DNA of 53,575 nt, the filler included, from Bipalium vagum (lineage: Eukaryota): the NCBI GenBank assembly GCA_037834085.1. It is 3 parts of 3 records of this genome, joined end to end, with 100 filler letters (N's around TTAATTAATTAA, not from the genome) between each part and the next. Parts side by side here need not be neighbours in the genome. Positions count along the whole stretch, not along the records: positions 35,781 to 53,575 come from JBBMKC010051008.1; 2 more parts are not named here. One strand, 5' to 3'. Positions 47,991-53,575 of the stretch are shown piece after piece; the stretch's first letter is position 1, and every line of letters starts with the position of its first letter. The notes beneath the pieces are model-generated. The model was given only the letters and a program-made list of their open reading frames with translations. It had not been told where the DNA came from and made no database searches. The position numbers were made by a program, and so were the translations under genes.

Positions 47991-48208
47991 AGTATTACTT
48001 TTATATTGTAACATAAATATACATTATTGCTTTACTGATTGTTGAAGATTGGACCGCCTAATAGAATTGGAGTCAGTTTAAATTCGAGGTACTTAACATT
48101 GAACAAAATAAACTGATAAATAAATAAAAGATAAGCCCTTTGACAAATGTTAAATAAAATTGACTTTTATTTGATTCTACTGGCGTTTTTGAAAGTGGAC
48201 TGTTGTAA

Positions 48209-48661
48209 TTGAAAGATTCAATAAAACTTTTTTTTAAATTAACAGAAAAAGGAATTAGAAAATGGTTATACTTATTACCTAATTTAATAAATATTTATAA
48301 TAACACAATTCATTCATCAATTAGTATTTCTCCCAAAGAAGCGAGTAAAAGTCCAGACAGCTTAAAAATAAAAAATAATACAAATGAAAATATTAATTCA
48401 ACGAAGATGACAGAGCCTTTAGACGATCCCTTAAAATTAAAACCAAAACATAATATTGGTGACCATGTAAGAATTTTTAAATATAAAAAGAAATTTAAAA
48501 GAGAATATACAGTAAAATGGACTAATGAAATTTTTATTATTAATAAAATTATTTTTTTTACAAATACCATATTATATGGAATTATATATAAAGATGGTGA
48601 AAAGATTCTTGGAAGATTATATGAGAATGAGTTGCAACGATCTAAATTTTTTATAAAATGA
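48209..48661 (+). pseudogene. Polinton-type (c-)integrase, C-terminal fragment
   Basis: KW..LLPNLINIYNNTIHSSI..SP.EA...KPK..IGDHVRI.K.K..F...YT..WT.EIF.I....Y.....GE.I.G..YE.ELQ. Confidence 0.85.
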
Positions 48662-51600
48662 ATAAAATTAAATATTTATTTTTAAAAATCTTTTACAGCA
48701 TTAATAAATCTTACAATATAATTAAAAAAATTAAATTAAAATTAAAATTTTAAATACTGAAATGAAATTAAAAACGATTTTAGTGATTCACTTTTTCAAT
48801 TTTTTTGAAACTCAACAAATGAAACCTCAAAATGTATACCGTTTTTGTTTTAATTTCATAGACAAGTATACGTAAAACTATTTACCTAAAAATATCTTTA
48901 TCATTAATATTTGATCAAGACCAAATTTAACTGCTCTTTCTGCTGGTTTCACTTTCAGTTTGATCCGATCATTATTTCTGACCTAATTATTGATTTTATT
49001 GATTTTTGTGAATATCTCCGAAAGTAAATCGATGAAATATATTCTTTATTTTATGATTATTAGCATATCATTCTTTATCTCACTACAAAAAAAGATTTCT
49101 ACCCAGATAAATAAAATAAAAATATTAAAAAATGGATGTGAACAAGGTTCCAAAAGGCTTAGCCAAAAATAATAATTTTACACATTTTAAAACTCCTTAT
49201 TTATATAATGATTATAGAAATAAAGATAATAAATTAAAAGAAGAAAATACTTATTAAAACTGAATCTGAAAATAAATTATTAAATGTTAATGATGATGCT
49301 GTGATAGATATTATAAATATGAATAATAAAAAATAATAAATGTAGCAGATCCAAAAAATGATAATGATGTTGTAAATTTAAAATATGTGAAAAGTTTGAA
49401 AAGATTTATTAAATGAAATTAGTGTAAATAGAATAGTAATTAGAAAAAATAATTTTTTTTATTTAATATTTAGAGTGAAGTAAAATTATATGAAGAAGAA
49501 AAAAATAAAATTAAAACTAAAATAGGAAAATTGAAATATAAATTTTACAATATAATTGTAAAGAAGATTAAAAAATTTGAAAGAATTAGAAACCAATCTT
49601 GAATTAAAATATTCTAAATTTAAGAAATATTTTATATCATTTGTTGAAACACTCAAACAATGGCAAATTGAATTTAAAAAAATTTATAATAATATTAGTT
49701 GCAGACAAAAATGAATACATCATCATTAATATTGTATATTTTGGAACATCAAATAATTACCACTTTTTCGGTTGGTATAATACTTATATTAATTATTTTA
49801 TGTTTGATGGAAGAACTTTACAGAAAACATATGTTAAGAGTTATAAAGGAACGGATATAATATTTTTACGTTATAGGTATTCACTTACAAAATATTACTT
49901 TGATTATAATTCTGAAGAAAAATATTCAAGTGAATGTAGAGAAAATAGTGGTAATATTAATTTATTCAAGAAATATAAAAGTTTATGAAATTCTATTTTT
50001 CATCGTTATGTAAAAGATAATGAATTAAAAGAAATAAAAATTAACTAAAGAAATTAAATTAACTACAACGTAGTTTTCTCAGACTACATCTTTATACTTT
50101 ACATTGTAAATTTCTAAAAACTTATTTTTTATTATAAAAATTGAAATTTGATAATGAAAATATTTATGATACAGAAAAACAAACTGATCCTATGACTTTT
50201 GCTCAACTGAGGAAAAAGTCTGATATCCTAAATTAAATGAAATATTTTCAAATCTGTTTTTTCTAATCCTTTAATTAAAAAATTAGAAAAAATAAAAATT
50301 GAAAATTTTATTAATGAGAAAAACGTTTTAGAGGATTTATTAAAACATTATAAAAAAATTAAAATATAAATATACTTCTATAGACTAAAATTTAAAATTA
50401 AGAAGTATTTTTATTGGAGAAGTCTTAGGAATTTGAACTGATATTATGACAGGAATACCAACATTATGAACTAGTTTTTTAATTTATGTTCCTGTTGCAA
50501 CATCAATTTTGGACAAGTAAAATTATTTATTGGAGAAACAAATAGTATATGAATTATTTCAAAAAGAAAAAAGATACAGTATATAGAGAAATTTGGGAAA
50601 TAATAGAATCATCAATTAATTAACTTTATGTATTTCAATTAAAAGCATTAGAAGATAAAATTTTAAGTAACAATGAAGTTGTACATGCAAAAATAATAAT
50701 TACTGAATGTAAGGAAAATATTATAAAATTAAAGAAAATAAAATTATTAAAAATTTAAACGATTACCTCGGAAAAGCTGTGTGCAAGGAAATTAAAAAGA
50801 AACTCAAACAAAGTTTTCCTGATGCGAGAGGAGAACTCAAAGAAGAGTTTAAAAATATATAAAGAGAGGATAGAAAAAATTAAACAATTGAAATATTTTT
50901 AATTAAAAATAGTTGTGAATGAAGTTCAAAAAAGAATTGAAAAATTAAAAAATTATTAGACACAAAAAATAAATTTGAAAGTAACCAATTAACTGAATGG
51001 AAAGGAGAAAGAGAATTAGAACAAGATTTAACATATTTTCTTTAACCAGTTACTGATGTGTTAAAAAAATGAAAAAGCTAATAAAGAGTTTCATGATGAA
51101 AATGTTAATAAAGAAAATATAATAAATGAAAAACCTTCAACCATTACTCCATCAATTATAGCTAACACCTTAATAATATATGAAATCCCATTTTTAATTA
51201 TTGTGGAGACTCCCAAAAGAGTCCAAAAACGCCAAATAACAATTTCATTTTTTAATTTCGATTTTACTGTCATTCTGTGCATTAATGAACAATTTTATTT
51301 GTATTTGAAGAATTAATAGATATTTGTTATTTTAATTAGTGTTGTCTACTTTTTAATTTTATTTTCTTTGTAGAGAATTGTTCAAACAGCAATCCCCATT
51401 GTTTTGTAAAATCACTTAGCCATTTGTCATTTACTATCAATAAAGATTGAAAACCATTTCGTTATCTTAGTCGATTAAAAATCAAAGTCAGATCATGCCT
51501 TAAAATAACCTTCTACCCGTTAAGCTCTTAGTTTTAGCTTCCCTTTTAAGAGACTTAACATAATTAAAGAAAATGAAAAAATCGAGCGAAGCACTGAAAG

Positions 51601-52136
51601 TTATGCCCAAGAATTTTTAAAATATAGTAATCCAAATGATCCTAAACCAGATGATGAACAATTATTTGAATTAACTGATGATTTAAAAGTAATGATAAAA
51701 GGAAAATTTAATCCAAGTAAAGACACACCATTTAAAGTAAAAGATTTGAATAATTATCTTCAAATAATAATACTTGCTAATGGATCAAAAATATGTAAAT
51801 ATATTAAAAGTATAAAAAATGAACTAAATAAAAAATATAATATTAAAACGAGAAGGACAAGGATATAAAATTTATAAACCTAAATATTCTCTTGATAAAT
51901 TTATAACTGCTAAATTTATTCAACTGCTAAAAAAGCAGGTCATGATAATCACAGATCATTTAGTTTTAAAAATTTTCAATAAGTTAATAAAGCAAAGTAG
52001 TATCACTAATGATTGTTGGGAAAAAATAAGTTAAATTTGATATAGACTCTGATTAAAATATATATTAAAAACGGAAGATTCTGTACAAAAATTATCAAAT
52101 CTTTTATCTTAAAAATTTTCAACATCATTTTTTGTA

Positions 52137-52460
52137 GAAAGTAAAGATTCAGATATAACATTTAAGTTAAATACACAACTAAATTTTAACTATGAATTAG
52201 CTCTAATTTATTTTTCAACTTATAATTCTATTTTTAATGTTACTGATAAAATAATAGAATAGATTTACGAGTTACAGATTCAAAAGGAAAAAAATAAAGA
52301 TAACTCCAGGAACATATGAAATTTCTGATATATCTGCATATATTGAGAATGAATTTAAAAGTATAAAAAAATTGGAACCATTAAAATCAGAAGAGTATTA
52401 TGTAACAATTAATGGTAATTCAAATTTTGCCATCGCCTCACAAAACTTTGTTGAGTGAAA
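52137..52460 (+). pseudogene. Polinton minor capsid (penton-like) fragment
   Basis: SDITFKLNTQLNFNYELALIYFSTYNSIFNVTDK...ITPGTYEISDISAYI, resembling the penton pattern YExAL..F.TYNSI.N...IP.GSYEI.DI..YI. Confidence 0.7.
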
Positions 52461-52559
52461 GTTATCATTCTTGTTAAAATCCTTTATAGCTTCATTTCAT
52501 TCATATTTAGATAGTTCATAAGAATAATCAAAATTTTTATTTGTTATTTTATTATTTAA

Positions 52560-52810
52560 TTTAATATATCTATTTCCATGTACTGAGGAAATTCCACGTA
52601 TTATTCCTTTTTTAATTAATAATAAATACATATATATGTGCTTTAAAATATTTTAATTTTACATTTGTAAATTTTAATCCTATATTCCAGCTTAAACCTG
52701 AAGCTGAATAACAATAACAAGGATCTATGTCATAATATTTTAAACATGTTTCTCTAAAATTTTCAAAAAATTCAGCTAAAATTAAAACATCTTATTTCAA
52801 ATAGTAAAAC
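52560..52810 (-). pseudogene. Protein-primed family B DNA polymerase fragment (Polinton)
   Basis: YLK*DVLILAEFFENFRETCLKYYDIDPCYCYSASGLSW...LKFTNVKL...KGIIRGISSV. Confidence 0.88.
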
Positions 52811-53099
52811 ACAATCTTTAAAATATTAATGAAAGGAATAAATTTTTATTAATATTAACTTATAAATAATAAATCATAAATATTTTTAAAATAGTTTTTA
52901 AGTAATATATTAAAATTTAATCCTTAATGTAAAATAATTCTTTTAATAATTTTAATAAAATTAAATCTTTTTCAAAAATTAAATTAATTAATTTAATAAA
53001 AGTTTTAGATAATTATTTTTTTAAATAAAGGATAAAAAGAGGACACTTATTAAATCTATACAATTATTTTCTTCAAATAAAAATGTTACAAAATCAATA

Positions 53100-53575
53100 T
53101 AATAATTCAGAAAAGTGCAAGTTATTACGGAAAGAAGTAAAGTTCCTGGGACATATAATTGACAAAGAAGGGATTCGAACAGATCTCACGAAAATTGAAG
53201 CTATTAAAAATTTCGAAAAGCCAAAATGCGTTAAGAATTTAATGAGCTTCCTTGGGATATTCAACTATTATAGAAGATTTATAAACAATTATTCAAAGAA
53301 ATCGATGGCCTTAGATGAATTATGTGGAAGCAATAAAACAAAATTGATATGGTCTGAGGGGTGTGAGAGAGCATTTTGCGAGATGAAGGATGCATTAACT
53401 AAAGCGCCTATCCTAGGATTCCCGGATGATAAAAAGACATTTATTATGGACACGGATGCCAGTTTTGATGCAATTGGAGCGTTTCTTTCACAAAAAGATA
53501 TGGAAATGAAAGAGTTATTGCGTATGGATCTCACGCATTGTCAGCGCATGAAAAAGGTTACTGCATCACAAGGAA
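53100..53575 (+). mobile_element. Ty3/Gypsy LTR retrotransposon pol fragment (RT thumb/connection + RNase H start), runs off the window
   Basis: EKCKLLRKEVKFLGHII...SFLGIFNYYRRFI..YS...AF..MKDALTKAPILGFPD..KTFIMDTDASFDAIGAFLSQ / ERVIAYGS..LS.HEK.YC.T; one frameshift near 53500. Confidence 0.93.

Larger units (their letters stand above)
48209..53060. mobile_element. Decayed Polinton/Maverick (adintovirus-like) element
   Basis: Integrase C-terminus (+, 48209-48661), fibre-like IINVADPKNDNDVVNLKYV (+, 49333-49389), AKKAGHDN ORF end (+, ~51925-51950), minor capsid (+, 52137-52460) and protein-primed PolB (-, 52560-52810) within ~4.8 kb. Confidence 0.85.

Noticed and set aside
1-53575. CRISPR arrays, tRNA genes or prokaryotic operons
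   Set aside because: No regularly spaced repeats or cloverleaf candidates seen by eye; the sequence is spliceosomal-intron eukaryotic DNA. A tRNAscan-SE or Infernal run would be needed to exclude small RNAs.

Overview
Very AT-rich, intron-containing animal genomic DNA, not prokaryotic. Two artificial 100-nt spacers (N44-TTAATTAATTAA-N44 at 17141-17240 and 35681-35780) join three contigs that need not be adjacent in the genome. Contig 1 has two complete genes reconstructed by hand: peptidyl-tRNA hydrolase 2 (4 exons, 154 aa) and the APC/C co-activator Fizzy-related/Cdh1 (7 exons, 548 aa), plus Penelope, mariner, Merlin, hAT and LTR-like relics. Contig 2 holds the middle of a diacylglycerol kinase theta gene (10 exons) with introns full of decayed DNA transposons. 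Contig 3 holds the 5' half of a BACE-type aspartic protease, more Tc1/mariner, copia and Penelope relics, a decayed Polinton/Maverick and a Gypsy pol fragment. The most unusual observations are: (1) an 18S rRNA fragment inside a TIR-bounded Merlin element, itself inside a mariner inside a DGK intron; (2) a dense ATCGAT cluster confined to the FZR1 transcription unit, whose exons are also far more GC-rich than the DGK exons; (3) an FZR1 protein with a ~63-aa Gly/Ser insertion in the WD40 propeller and an MR instead of IR tail; (4) a probable GC-AG intron and a stop-free 45-nt intron in DGK; (5) a minimal hammerhead ribozyme core behind a Penelope element. All calls rest on manual translation and remembered family motifs. 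No database search was run, and I cannot claim a demonstrated new system.
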